A stretch of DNA of 59,719 nt, taken from a virus. Its lineage: Duplodnaviria; Caudoviricetes. The stretch lies in IMG/VR virus record IMGVR_UViG_3300038393_002467, positions 1 through 59,719 of that record; one strand, given 5' to 3'. Shown here piece after piece: positions 45,589 through 54,308 of the stretch. Within the stretch, counting starts at the first letter, position 1, and every line of letters begins with the position of its first letter. A program made the translations under genes and the position numbers. The notes under the pieces are model-generated. The model ran no database searches. It was not told the origin of the DNA and was given only the letters and a program-made list of their open reading frames with translations.

Positions 45589-45881
45589 CACGGCACCGCC
45601 GCCTCGAAGTCGGCGAGACAGTCCCGGCACCGTGGCCCATCGGCGGTCTGCACCAGCGCCTCGGCCACGTCCCCGCACTCGCTGCACCGGTGCGCGTCCG
45701 CGTGCTCCGGGCAGAACGTCAGCCCCGAGGGCAGGACGATCCCCTCGCTGTTGTCCCAGTCCTCCAGCGCCAACGACACATCGGCCCACGCCGCGTAGTC
45801 GCCGCCCAAGTCGGACGTCGTCACCTCACAGCCCGACGCGTCGCACCGGACCCGGTAGAAGTCCGCTCGCTCCACTGCCAT
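45588..45881 (-). CDS. Zn-binding hypothetical protein
   Basis: CDASGC, FCPEH, CSEC, CRDC. Confidence 0.65.
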   Translation of the reverse strand: MAVERADFYRVRCDASGCEVTTSDLGGDYAAWADVSLALEDWDNSEGIVLPSGLTFCPEHADAHRCSECGDVAEALVQTADGPRCRDCLADFEAAVP

Positions 45882-46257
45882 CGCCTGCTCCTCTCTCGAA
45901 TCGAATGGTCCAGATGCCCGCCTTCTCGGCGAGCCCGGCAGTGTGGGACGCGCCCGGGCTGCCGTTGTAGATGAAGGCCATGCACACCTGCGCCCCGAGG
46001 TTGACCATCTCCTCGTTGCGGATGAAGCCCGCCCGCTTGCCGTAGCGCTGCCAGTCCGCCGGGTGCCGCTCGACCTGCATGCCGTGCGCCTCCGCCGCCT
46101 CCTCGCACATCCGGTCTGCCCCGGTCGGGCAGGCCCCGGAGACGACGACGATGTCGTGCGGGTCGACGTCGGGAAACCGGCGGCGCAACTCGCGGAACTG
46201 CTCCCAGATGAACTGCTTGTGCGGCCATTTCCGTGACCCGGTGATGAGCACCCTCAC
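45826..46257 (-). CDS. SLOG-family (YspA/DUF2493-like) protein
   Basis: RVLITGSR, VVVSGACPTGAD, ADWQRYGKRAGFIRNEEM, GSPGA. Confidence 0.85.
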   Translation of the reverse strand: MRVLITGSRKWPHKQFIWEQFRELRRRFPDVDPHDIVVVSGACPTGADRMCEEAAEAHGMQVERHPADWQRYGKRAGFIRNEEMVNLGAQVCMAFIYNGSPGASHTAGLAEKAGIWTIRFERGAGDGSGASGLLPGPVRRVGL

Positions 46258-46517
46258 GAGAACTTCACCGTCTGCACGTCGAGGCTGGGCTCCTCCTCCT
46301 CGGTGCCGACCAGCCGCGGGCCGGTCAGCACCGAGTCGTGCCGCTTGCCGGAGCCGGTGAGGCTGACCGCGTGCGCGTAGGGCAGCAGCCCGAGCGCCTG
46401 CCCGATCTCGGCCACGTCGGCGGAAAGCGGCGACCCCGGCACGTAGCCGGGGTCGAGGTGGGCGAGCACTGCTCCGAGCGCCCGGGTCGCCTTGCTGCGG
46501 GTCACCGTCAGTCTCAT
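46254..46517 (-). CDS. Hypothetical protein
   Basis: Coupled overlaps on both sides. Confidence 0.5.
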   Translation of the reverse strand: MRLTVTRSKATRALGAVLAHLDPGYVPGSPLSADVAEIGQALGLLPYAHAVSLTGSGKRHDSVLTGPRLVGTEEEEPSLDVQTVKFS

Positions 46518-46705
46518 GTCGGCTCACCGCCCCGCTGCGCCGACGCCGCGAAGTTCGCGGCAAAGTAGAGCGCCTGCTCGACGGTGAATCCCTGTGCGGT
46601 GAGCCCGTCCACCATGAGCCGGACCATCGTGGCGAACTCCACGATCCCGCTCGGGTCACCCACGCCCGCGGTGATGGCCGCGAAGCCGTCGTCGTTACCT
46701 GCCAT
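46514..46705 (-). CDS. Small hypothetical protein
   Basis: GLTAQGFTVEQAL; GAGGAAG RBS. Confidence 0.6.
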   Translation of the reverse strand: MAGNDDGFAAITAGVGDPSGIVEFATMVRLMVDGLTAQGFTVEQALYFAANFAASAQRGGEPT

Positions 46706-46795
46706 TCGTGCTTCCTCTCGATGCCCGCCCGCAGATCGCGCACGGTGCGTTGCGTAACCAGATCATTGCCGTGCACAACCGGCACAGGGCGGTGC

Positions 46796-48406
46796 TCACG
46801 CACCGCCGCCGAAGTTGCCGACCGTCACCGAGCCGCGCACGTCCGGCACGAACTCCCACGGCCACTCGTTGCTGTTCGGCGAGCCCCAGCGCAGGTCGGT
46901 GGGCCACGCCCGACTGCGGACCCGAGCCCCACGGAACGGGGCCAACTCGAACTCGCCCGGCTCCTGCTTGGGCTGCAGCCCGTAGCCGAAGTCGGGGAAC
47001 CGGCGGAAGACGCTGCTGCCGTACGGGCGCATCTCCCGGGTCTTGTCGCCCTGCATCCGGTGCGGGGAGTGGTGCTCGACGACGAACGCCGTGCCGCAGA
47101 TGGCCCGGGCCCGGTACAGCGCCCGCTTGAACTTGCGCACGACGTCGTCGTCGGACAACTTCCCGTCGACGAGGTCGGACACCGGGCCGAGGAAGCAGAT
47201 GTCGGGACGGAAGGCGGTGACCCGCTCGTTGAACCACGCCTCACCGTTGGGCGAGACGAGGTTCGGGGCGTCCTCCCACGCGGCGATGATCGTCAGGTTC
47301 TCGTCCGGCACCTCGATGCCGTTGCGGTGCCGCCGGGCGAGGTAGTCCAGCCGGACCCAGTCCAACTTCTGCTGGTGCTCGGGGTTCTCCCCGTCGACGT
47401 AGAGCACCTTGAGCGGCTCCATGTCGGCGGAGGTGAACGGGTTGATCCCGGCCGCGCACTGCATCGCCATCTGCCGCATGAACAGCGACTTGCCGAAGCC
47501 CTCCGGCCCGACGAGCAGGCAGATGTTCGCCTCGGCGAAGTGTCCCGGGATGATCTCCCGGCCCGCGCTGAAGTCGGTGTCGATCATGGTGCGGATGCCG
47601 TACGCCGGGCGGGTCTCCCGGGCCCGCTCGCTCTTGGCCGTCACGACGAGGCTGCTCATCGTGCCGCCCGCGGACCGGTGGTCGTAGTAGTCCTTGCACC
47701 CGGCCAGCGTCGTCTCGGCGATCATGACGTTGCAGTCGGCCGCTTCGAGGGAGGCCATCACCTGCCGGGCGTGCTCCTGCCCGACCGGGTCGTTGTCGGC
47801 GACGATGACGACGTTGCCGCCGCGCAGGTACTCGGCGTACTCGTCGAGCCACTTGCCCGCCCCCATCGGCGAGGTCGTCCCGCAGTAGCCGTCCATGACG
47901 GCCGCCTCGGCGTCCTTCTCGCCCTCGAAGATGTAGACGGTGTGCCCGTCACGCACCGCCCGCAGCACCGCCGGGAGCCGGTAGAGGACGCGCTGCACGC
48001 CGGTGAGGTTCCATGCCCACTTGCCGTTCTCGGCGTCCCAGCGGCGCTGGAAGAAGGTCTTCTTGCCGTTGGGCTGCGGCACCCGCAGGGCTTGGAAGAT
48101 CTCGGTGCCCTCGGCGTCGGTGTACGAGTAGACGTGGCTGGCCGGTCCGGCCGGGGTCCACTCGTTCTGCGGCCGGGTGACGGTGACCCGCTCGGCGCAG
48201 AGCACGTCCCAGTCGATGCCCGACGCGGCGATGATGTCGGTCGTCTCGCAGTCGGCGTGGCACTTCATGACGACCGGGTGCTCCTGCCCCGGCGTGACGT
48301 GCAGCGAGGCGCTGCCGTCGTCGTGGGCCGGGCACTTCGTCATGCTGTCCCGGCCCCGCTTGGCCCACTCGATGGCGGTCGTGATGTCCGGTGCCTGTGC
48401 GCTCAT
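46796..48406 (-). CDS. Primase-helicase (Zn finger + TOPRIM + RecA/AAA_25-like ATPase)
   Basis: CPAHDD...CHADC, IFEGEKDA, ADND, Walker A GPEGFGKS, LYVDGEN, HHSPH...GSS. Confidence 0.9.
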   Translation of the reverse strand: MSAQAPDITTAIEWAKRGRDSMTKCPAHDDGSASLHVTPGQEHPVVMKCHADCETTDIIAASGIDWDVLCAERVTVTRPQNEWTPAGPASHVYSYTDAEGTEIFQALRVPQPNGKKTFFQRRWDAENGKWAWNLTGVQRVLYRLPAVLRAVRDGHTVYIFEGEKDAEAAVMDGYCGTTSPMGAGKWLDEYAEYLRGGNVVIVADNDPVGQEHARQVMASLEAADCNVMIAETTLAGCKDYYDHRSAGGTMSSLVVTAKSERARETRPAYGIRTMIDTDFSAGREIIPGHFAEANICLLVGPEGFGKSLFMRQMAMQCAAGINPFTSADMEPLKVLYVDGENPEHQQKLDWVRLDYLARRHRNGIEVPDENLTIIAAWEDAPNLVSPNGEAWFNERVTAFRPDICFLGPVSDLVDGKLSDDDVVRKFKRALYRARAICGTAFVVEHHSPHRMQGDKTREMRPYGSSVFRRFPDFGYGLQPKQEPGEFELAPFRGARVRSRAWPTDLRWGSPNSNEWPWEFVPDVRGSVTVGNFGGGA

Positions 48407-49425
48407 GGGCGCGTTCCTCCCTCTCCGACGCCGGACCAGTCAGGGGTGGCGGTGAGCGACCTGAGCGCCCATGCCTCTCCCCCGTCTGCCGACTGCTCCA
48501 TGTCCAGCCGCCGCTTCTGCGCATCCAGAGCGGCTTGGTGTTTCTTCCGGTCCTCGATCAGGAACCTGAGCCAGAGGCTCGGGCTCGGATCGCGCTTCTG
48601 CTCGTGACACCGGGTGAGGTAACCGACCAGATGTGCCTGCGGGTCGTAGTCGGTTGCCACGTTTGCGGCCGTCCTCCACGCGGCCTGCCATGACTGAACT
48701 CTCGACGCCTCGTTAACGCCGAACCACGTCCTCAGCAGGTGCACCTCGGTCCACGGAATCTGGTCCGTGGCACACGGTGTGACACCGGCGGCGGCTGCGG
48801 TGAGAGCATCATCGGTCGTGACAGCGGTTCCGTCAAGCCGCGCAGAATCGCCCCCATCTCTTACTTCTAGAGCAGCAGCATCATCTTTAGATGATGCCTC
48901 CCCTACTACGTAGGGGAGGGTGTCGGAACCTGAAAACCCGGTTCCCGTGGGAACCTGAAAAGACGGTTCCGACACACCTTCGACAGAGTCGGAACCTGAA
49001 AAGCCGGTCCCCATGGGAGCCTGAATATCCGGTTCCCACGCAGGGTGGGAGCCTGAAAAGACGGTTCTCACGTACAGCCGGTTGCCGTGCCGGACGACGA
49101 ATCCGACGCTGCGGAGTTCGCCCAGCGTGGCCCGCAGCACGTCACGCCCACCGAGTCCGTGCGCGACGAGATCGGCCGCCGTCACGGCCTGACCCGCGGG
49201 CCAGTTGGACAGCAGCCACGCCGCCAGCCCCAGCGCGCGGAGGCTCACCCTGCGGTCGCGAGCCAGTTCCCCCAAGACATCCACCCGATGCTTCCTCTCA
49301 CTCGTCGGCGCGAGTCTGTAGTCTGGCAGCAGAGCCGAATCCAGCCCGCTGCTCCGAGAAGCCCCGGTCGCGTCCCTCGTTAGCGACCGGGGCTTCTTGT
49401 ATCCAAATCCAGACATGCCGTACAC
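48403..49425 (-). CDS. Replication initiator (winged-HTH, lambda O-like architecture; alternative start 49416)
   Basis: DRRVSLRALGLAAWLLS...GRDVLRATLGELRSVGFV; internal DNA iterons; upstream of the primase-helicase. Confidence 0.7.
   Translation of the reverse strand: MYGMSGFGYKKPRSLTRDATGASRSSGLDSALLPDYRLAPTSERKHRVDVLGELARDRRVSLRALGLAAWLLSNWPAGQAVTAADLVAHGLGGRDVLRATLGELRSVGFVVRHGNRLYVRTVFSGSHPAWEPDIQAPMGTGFSGSDSVEGVSEPSFQVPTGTGFSGSDTLPYVVGEASSKDDAAALEVRDGGDSARLDGTAVTTDDALTAAAAGVTPCATDQIPWTEVHLLRTWFGVNEASRVQSWQAAWRTAANVATDYDPQAHLVGYLTRCHEQKRDPSPSLWLRFLIEDRKKHQAALDAQKRRLDMEQSADGGEAWALRSLTATPDWSGVGEGGTRP
48767..48785. repeat. 19-bp palindrome copy inside rep, near the origin
   Basis: GTGGCACACGGTGTGACAC. 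Confidence 0.9.
48855..49068. other. Putative replication origin: five 21-bp iterons, AT-richer tract and two hairpins
   Basis: GGA[A/G]CCTGAA...CGGT[T/C]C at 48925, 48950, 48991, 49016, 49048; inverted repeats at 48878-48897 and 48897-48919. Confidence 0.75.
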
Positions 49426-49483
49426 GTCAAGGATGTGGTGTGTGCACGTTATGCCAGCCTTTTGGGCAGCCGTTGTGCAGCAG

Positions 49484-49502
49484 GTGTCACACGCTGTGAC
49501 AC
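49484..49502. repeat. 19-bp palindrome copy upstream of rep
   Basis: GTGTCACACGCTGTGACAC. Confidence 0.9.
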
Positions 49503-49503
49503 C

Positions 49504-49812
49504 TCATCGGTGCCTGTTGTCCCACTCAGCGACATCCATGACAAGGGCTCGTGAAGGACGCAGCGAACCGCCGCCACCGACGACGGCGTAGCCGCACTGG
49601 ATGAGGGCACGCTCCTGCTCGAACGAGAACGGAGGCAGCCATGTGCGGTAGCCGTAGTCATCGTCGTAGGTCTGTGCGAACCGGCGGAGGAGATTCATCT
49701 CCACCTTCACCCGGCGCGCGTTCCACATGATCTGCACATGCTGCACCGGCTCGGTGATCGTCAGTACGACGTTCTCACCGAGCCGGTCATCGGGTCCTGC
49801 GGTGATGGTCAT
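49504..49812 (-). CDS. Hypothetical protein
   Basis: GGAAGGA RBS; MTITAGPDDRLG... Confidence 0.55.
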   Translation of the reverse strand: MTITAGPDDRLGENVVLTITEPVQHVQIMWNARRVKVEMNLLRRFAQTYDDDYGYRTWLPPFSFEQERALIQCGYAVVGGGGSLRPSRALVMDVAEWDNRHR

Positions 49813-49957
49813 GATCCGTTCCTTCCCTGCGGTGAACGATGGAGCAATGACTCCTGCCTGCGGCGGGCGAGTGCTCCGGTGGGAACAGTGTCGTCCCGCC
49901 AATGACGACATGGGCGGAGAACGTGCGAAAGAGTCCGATGTTGACCGAGGTGACGGA

Positions 49958-50479
49958 TCAGTCGGACTTGACCGGGCCGGGTTCGGGACCGGCCAGCGGG
50001 TGTGGATGCCCGGTGCCGCGGCAGTCCCAGCACATGCCCTCGGAACCGAACCCCGTCCCCTCGCAAGTTGCGCAGCACCCCGGAGTCTCGCCGTGCTCGC
50101 AGCCTTTCAGCGCGGCCAGCAGGTCGCGGATGCAGCACTCCACGGCGCGCACGGCGGTGGAGTGCTGATAGTCCTCCTGCGCACCAACCTCACCGTCCCA
50201 CTGATCGACAAGCGCCTCGACTCGCGCCACCTTGGCCCGCTCGACGGCCAGCGCACGCTCGGCAGCCCGTAGCCGGTGATCCAGCGACGCGGAGTGCGCA
50301 CTCACCTCCGCGAAGTCCCTGTATGTGGCCTTCACCTCGGCCCGCAGTTCGGCCTGCTCGGCGTCCGCCACGGCCATGACGGCGCGGACAGCATCGAAGT
50401 CGCTTCCCAGAGAGTCCCATCCCAGAGAGTCCCAGCGCATCGCCTCGGCGTATCGCTGGACCCGCTCATCCTGTGTCAT
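49958..50479 (-). CDS. Mosaic coiled-coil/Zn hypothetical protein
   Basis: VMAVADAEQAELRAE and WDGEVGAQED modules, CATC...CWDC. Confidence 0.6.
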   Translation of the reverse strand: MTQDERVQRYAEAMRWDSLGWDSLGSDFDAVRAVMAVADAEQAELRAEVKATYRDFAEVSAHSASLDHRLRAAERALAVERAKVARVEALVDQWDGEVGAQEDYQHSTAVRAVECCIRDLLAALKGCEHGETPGCCATCEGTGFGSEGMCWDCRGTGHPHPLAGPEPGPVKSD

Positions 50480-50889
50480 GGGCGCTCCCTGAGTCGACGT
50501 TCAAGTTCTCGCTCCTGCGCCACCTCGGAGTCATAGACCAAGGCTGCCGTCGTCTCCTCGTCGGTCAACTCCTCCTCGCTGCCCTCAGTCTCGGCCCAGT
50601 ACTTGCAGTCCGGGCATTCGACGGCATCGCCAATGATGTCCAGCAGGACCTTGGTGCGGATGGTCTGGCGTATCCCGTTCTCGGGTGTCTCGCGGATTTG
50701 TGATGCGTCGTGGAGTTCGGCGAGCACTCGTTGCAGGATGTCCCGCAGTCGGTCTGCCTCGGCGCGCAGTTCGGCCTGCTCGGCGTCCGCCACGGCCATG
50801 ACACGGCGCGCGGCAGCGGTGCGCGTCTCGGTGTTGTTGGCGAGCCCCACAGCGTCGGCGTAGCGCAGTTCGCGCCCGTGGTCGGTCAC
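50476..50889 (-). CDS. Hypothetical protein, partial paralog of 49958..50479
   Basis: Shares RYA and VMAVADAEQAELRAE. Confidence 0.6.
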   Translation of the reverse strand: MTDHGRELRYADAVGLANNTETRTAAARRVMAVADAEQAELRAEADRLRDILQRVLAELHDASQIRETPENGIRQTIRTKVLLDIIGDAVECPDCKYWAETEGSEEELTDEETTAALVYDSEVAQERELERRLRERP

Positions 50890-51362
50890 AGCGAGTCATC
50901 CCTTTCGATGGCGTCGGCGATCTGCGCGTAGGACTGCGGCTCGACGGCGTCGAGATGCTGTGCCGCGTCCCGACCGTCATTGCGTTCGATGGCGGTGATG
51001 CCGAGGATCAGCGGGTTCGCGGACGACAGCCCGGCCCAGTGCTCCACCTGCAGCGGGAGGTCGCCGTCGTCGTGGACCTCCCACTCGTCGGTCCAGACGG
51101 GGTTGCCGTCGTCGTCCTCGTTCCAGATCTCGTACTCGTAGACGCCGGGCCGCCCCTCCGCCCGACGGATGTGCGGCGCACCGGCCTCGCAGGCAAGGTC
51201 GGTGAGGACGGCGAGGCAGCAGTGCCGCACCTCCTCCACCTCCTCGCCACCCGGCCCGACATGTCCGACCGGGACGACCTCGGTGAACTCGTGCCGGGCC
51301 TGCGTGAACCGGTCGCTGCGCAGTGCCGCGGCCCAGTCCCTCTTGATCTGGCGGTCCATCAT
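50886..51362 (-). CDS. Phage hypothetical protein
   Basis: WAAALRS..F.Q, CCLAVL, ND, SYAQIADAIE pattern. Confidence 0.7.
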   Translation of the reverse strand: MMDRQIKRDWAAALRSDRFTQARHEFTEVVPVGHVGPGGEEVEEVRHCCLAVLTDLACEAGAPHIRRAEGRPGVYEYEIWNEDDDGNPVWTDEWEVHDDGDLPLQVEHWAGLSSANPLILGITAIERNDGRDAAQHLDAVEPQSYAQIADAIERDDSL

Positions 51363-51550
51363 GGCGATTCCTCTCTGTCGAGCATGGTGATGATGGCGGC
51401 GGACGCCTCGCGCGCCAGCGCCTCGGTGGGGTAGCGGGCGGTGACCTCCCGCAGCGCGACGAGCGCGTCACAGGTGGGGTCCTCGCAGTCGACCTCCCAC
51501 TGGCCGTCCTCGTCCCGCTCCGCGCCCGGTGTGTGGGTGTGCTCGGTCAT
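51359..51550 (-). CDS. Small hypothetical protein
   Basis: MTEHTHTPG...; overlaps on both sides. Confidence 0.5.
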   Translation of the reverse strand: MTEHTHTPGAERDEDGQWEVDCEDPTCDALVALREVTARYPTEALAREASAAIITMLDREESP

Positions 51551-51867
51551 CTCGTCCACGGCAGTGCCTCGTCGTTCAGGGTGAGCACCGCGGTCAGGTC
51601 CTTCAGACACGCTTCGAGAACGCGGAGTGCCACCGCGGACGCCTCGTCCTCCTGCGCACCGATCTCCCCATCCCACCAGTCGGCGAGGTCGCGGGCGCGC
51701 TCGGCGATCATCCGGGCCCGGCAGTTCCTGCAGGTCACGTTCTTCGGCATCAGCACGCCGGTGCCTTCCGCCTCGCACAGCAGCCGCCCGGCGTACGGCT
51801 CCTCCTCGGACGGGATCACGAGCAGGTGCAGCGGCTCCGGGCTGATCGAGAACTCAGGGCGCGTCAT
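51547..51867 (-). CDS. Hypothetical Zn-binding protein
   Basis: LLC...VTCRNC, then the WDGEIGAQED module. Confidence 0.55.
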   Translation of the reverse strand: MTRPEFSISPEPLHLLVIPSEEEPYAGRLLCEAEGTGVLMPKNVTCRNCRARMIAERARDLADWWDGEIGAQEDEASAVALRVLEACLKDLTAVLTLNDEALPWTR

Positions 51868-52256
51868 GCGTCGCACACCTCCGCCCAGAAGTCCGGCTCG
51901 GCGTGCGCGCCCTGCGGCTCGGACCAGAACTCGTCGTCGACGCTGACCCGCTGCAGCACGAGGTAGGCGTCGCCGACGATGAGCCCGTCGTGGACGCCGG
52001 AGCGGTACAAGGTCGTGGCCCGCGGGTTCGGCGGCAGGTTGTAGATGAGCCCGTTCTCGTCGACGAGCATGACGACCATGGCGTCACCGTCGGTGAACGG
52101 GACGACCCGGTTGCGCTCGTCGGCCCTGCCGAACCGGACCCGCTCGGTGATGCTGCCCGGGAACAGCGAGTCCATCCCCTGCCACGTCGACAGGTCACCG
52201 ACCTCGCGCAGGGTGATGGGCTCGGCCGGGTCGGCCGGAATGTGGATGGCTTTCAT
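51864..52256 (-). CDS. DUF3846-like protein
   Basis: MKAIHIPAD, VDENG, LPPNPRAT, IVGDA. Confidence 0.7.
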   Translation of the reverse strand: MKAIHIPADPAEPITLREVGDLSTWQGMDSLFPGSITERVRFGRADERNRVVPFTDGDAMVVMLVDENGLIYNLPPNPRATTLYRSGVHDGLIVGDAYLVLQRVSVDDEFWSEPQGAHAEPDFWAEVCDA

Positions 52257-52380
52257 GGGGCACTACCTCCTGTAGCGTTTCTCTCGGCGCGAGTTGCTTC
52301 CTCTCCTCGCGCCGTCTTCCTGAGTGGGAGACGGGGTGGGTCGCAGCCTGCGGTGCGGCCCACCCCACCCCACCGGTGGG

Positions 52381-52920
52381 TCAGTCGAGCCCGTCGACGC
52401 TCGTGGAGACGTGCTCGATCTGGATGTCGCGGAAGTCGTCGTCGAGGCCCCACGAGAACCGCTGCGACACCGGTCCGTTGCGGGTGTCGTCGTGGTCGGT
52501 GTACGTGTCGTCGTCGATGTCGACGGACTGTGAGTCGCGGACGAACGACGGGGTGAGCACCCGCCCGCCCGCGGCCCGCTTCGCGCTGACGTCGAGGGTG
52601 ATCGTGACCGTGAAGTGCTTGCTTTCCGCGGGCCACGTCATCCCGAGGTCGGTGATGAGGTTCTCCGTGACCGCGCACCAGTCGTGCTCCTCCGCGGCGT
52701 CGAAGGCGGCCTGCGCCACCCGGGCCTTGAAGTCCTCCATCTCTTGCTCGCCGCGCTCCCGCTCGGCGACGATGGCCTTCCGGACCGCCTCGGCGACGGC
52801 CGCCTCCCGCTGCTCGACCGCGTCCGCGATGAGCATGTGCTCGCTCGGGTCGAAGGCGCGGACCTCGGTGATGACGGTGCTCTGCTCGGTGGCGAGCATC
52901 TTGACGTCCTCGAAACTCAT
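52381..52920 (-). CDS. Hypothetical protein
   Basis: AAAGGA RBS after a palindrome copy; AEEHDWC motif. Confidence 0.7.
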   Translation of the reverse strand: MSFEDVKMLATEQSTVITEVRAFDPSEHMLIADAVEQREAAVAEAVRKAIVAERERGEQEMEDFKARVAQAAFDAAEEHDWCAVTENLITDLGMTWPAESKHFTVTITLDVSAKRAAGGRVLTPSFVRDSQSVDIDDDTYTDHDDTRNGPVSQRFSWGLDDDFRDIQIEHVSTSVDGLD

Positions 52921-52940
52921 GGTGCTGTCCTTTCCTCTCG

Positions 52941-52959
52941 GTGTCACCCGGTGTGACAC
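52941..52959. repeat. 19-bp palindrome copy
   Basis: GTGTCACCCGGTGTGACAC. Confidence 0.9.
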
Positions 52960-53235
52960 TCAGCCCTGCTGCTCGGTGTCGCCCTGCTCGGCGACCCACT
53001 TCTCGTACAGCGGCTTGGCCGACTGCGCCGCCTTGAAGAGGCTGTCGCCGATGGTCTCGGCCAGCGCCGGGACGACGACGAAGTCCTCGACGATGGAGAC
53101 CTTGCCCTCGTCGTCGTGGTTGCCGACCTGCATGTGGATGAGGCCGTAGCCGTCCACGACCATGACCACGTGCGGCCGGTCCAGCACCCGGGGGACGACG
53201 ACCGTCTCCTCCGGGGTCTCGTCCGCGCCGCTCAT
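52960..53235 (-). CDS. Hypothetical protein
   Basis: 91-aa ORF ending immediately before a palindrome copy. Confidence 0.6.
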   Translation of the reverse strand: MSGADETPEETVVVPRVLDRPHVVMVVDGYGLIHMQVGNHDDEGKVSIVEDFVVVPALAETIGDSLFKAAQSAKPLYEKWVAEQGDTEQQG

Positions 53236-53298
53236 CGGGTCACCGCGCTGAGGTTCTTGACGTGCATACTGATGTCCTTCCTTTCGGTGGGAGAAACT

Positions 53299-53337
53299 GC
53301 TGCGGCCGGACCCCTTAGGCGGGGGCCCGGCCGCAGC
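53299..53337. terminator. GC-rich hairpin after 53350..53631
   Basis: GCTGCGGCCGG / CCGGCCGCAGC arms, followed by TTTC on the minus strand. Confidence 0.5.
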
Positions 53338-53349
53338 GGCGTGGGTGCG

Positions 53350-53631
53350 TCAGAGCCCGAGAGCGGCCCGCAGGTCGGGGTTGCCGACGAGGTCCGGGTG
53401 TTCCTCGATGAGACGCTTGATCTCGGCTGTGGCCTTCTCGCTCGCCGTGGGGCGTGGCCTCCAGTCGATGTGCCGGGCGGCCATCTCCTCGGCGATGTAG
53501 CCGTTGAGTTCGGCCCGGTGCGCGTCCTTCAGACGCGAGGTGGCGGCACCGTAGGCGTCGCTCTTGGCTTTCTTCAGCGCCTCAGCCTCGGTCAAGGCGG
53601 GGGCCCCTGCGGTACGGTTCGTCACTGCCAT
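53350..53631 (-). CDS. Hypothetical protein
   Basis: AYGAATSRLKDAHRAE...WRPRPTASEKA; follows a palindrome copy. Confidence 0.7.
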   Translation of the reverse strand: MAVTNRTAGAPALTEAEALKKAKSDAYGAATSRLKDAHRAELNGYIAEEMAARHIDWRPRPTASEKATAEIKRLIEEHPDLVGNPDLRAALGL

Positions 53632-53649
53632 GGCTCTCTTTCGGTTCGG

Positions 53650-53668
53650 GTGTCACACGGTGTGACAC
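53650..53668. repeat. 19-bp palindrome copy (perfect), after ssb
   Basis: GTGTCACACGGTGTGACAC. Confidence 0.95.
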
Positions 53669-53675
53669 CGGGGGA

Positions 53676-54308
53676 TCAGAACGGCGGCTCGCCCCACGGG
53701 CTGTCGGCCCCACCCCAAGGGCCCTGTCCCGGCGGAGGCTGCTGCCCCTGTTGACCCCAGCCCGGCTGTGCCGGGGGCTGACCGGCAGGCTGCTGAGCCT
53801 GCGCGGGAGCCTGTGCTGGGGCCTGCTGCTGCGCCTGCTGCTGCTGGCCCTGCGGCGGCGTGGCCCACGGGTCGTCGCCGCCCTGCGTGCCGTAGCCCGT
53901 CCCCCACGTGGGGGCCTGCTGCTGACCGCCGCCGGACTGGCCGGTCCGTTCGGTGCGCTGGGCCCGGGCGGTGGCGTTGCGCAGCGACGGCGCGACGTTG
54001 TTCGCGTCGATGCACACCGCGAGCCCCTCGCCGCCCTCGCGGCGCTGGAACGTCTCGGTGTACAGCCGTCCCGTGACGACGACGGCGTCGCCCCGGCGCA
54101 GCGACTCGGTGACGTTCTCCGCCATCTCCCGCCACGCCGTGACGCGGAACCAGATCTGGCGGCCGTCCTCCCACTGCTGGGTCTGCTCGTTCTTCTTGCG
54201 CTCGGTGCAGGCGACCCGGAAGTTGCACACGGCCGCGCCGCTGGGCGTGAACCGCAACTCCGGGTCGGCCCCGAGATTGCCCTCGATGGTGATGGTGGGC
54301 AGAACCAC
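53676..54308 (-). CDS. ssb: Single-stranded DNA-binding protein
   Basis: ITIEGNLGADPELRFTPSGAAV, AWREMAENV, G/Q-rich tail ending EPPF. Confidence 0.95.
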   Translation of the reverse strand: MVLPTITIEGNLGADPELRFTPSGAAVCNFRVACTERKKNEQTQQWEDGRQIWFRVTAWREMAENVTESLRRGDAVVVTGRLYTETFQRREGGEGLAVCIDANNVAPSLRNATARAQRTERTGQSGGGQQQAPTWGTGYGTQGGDDPWATPPQGQQQQAQQQAPAQAPAQAQQPAGQPPAQPGWGQQGQQPPPGQGPWGGADSPWGEPPF

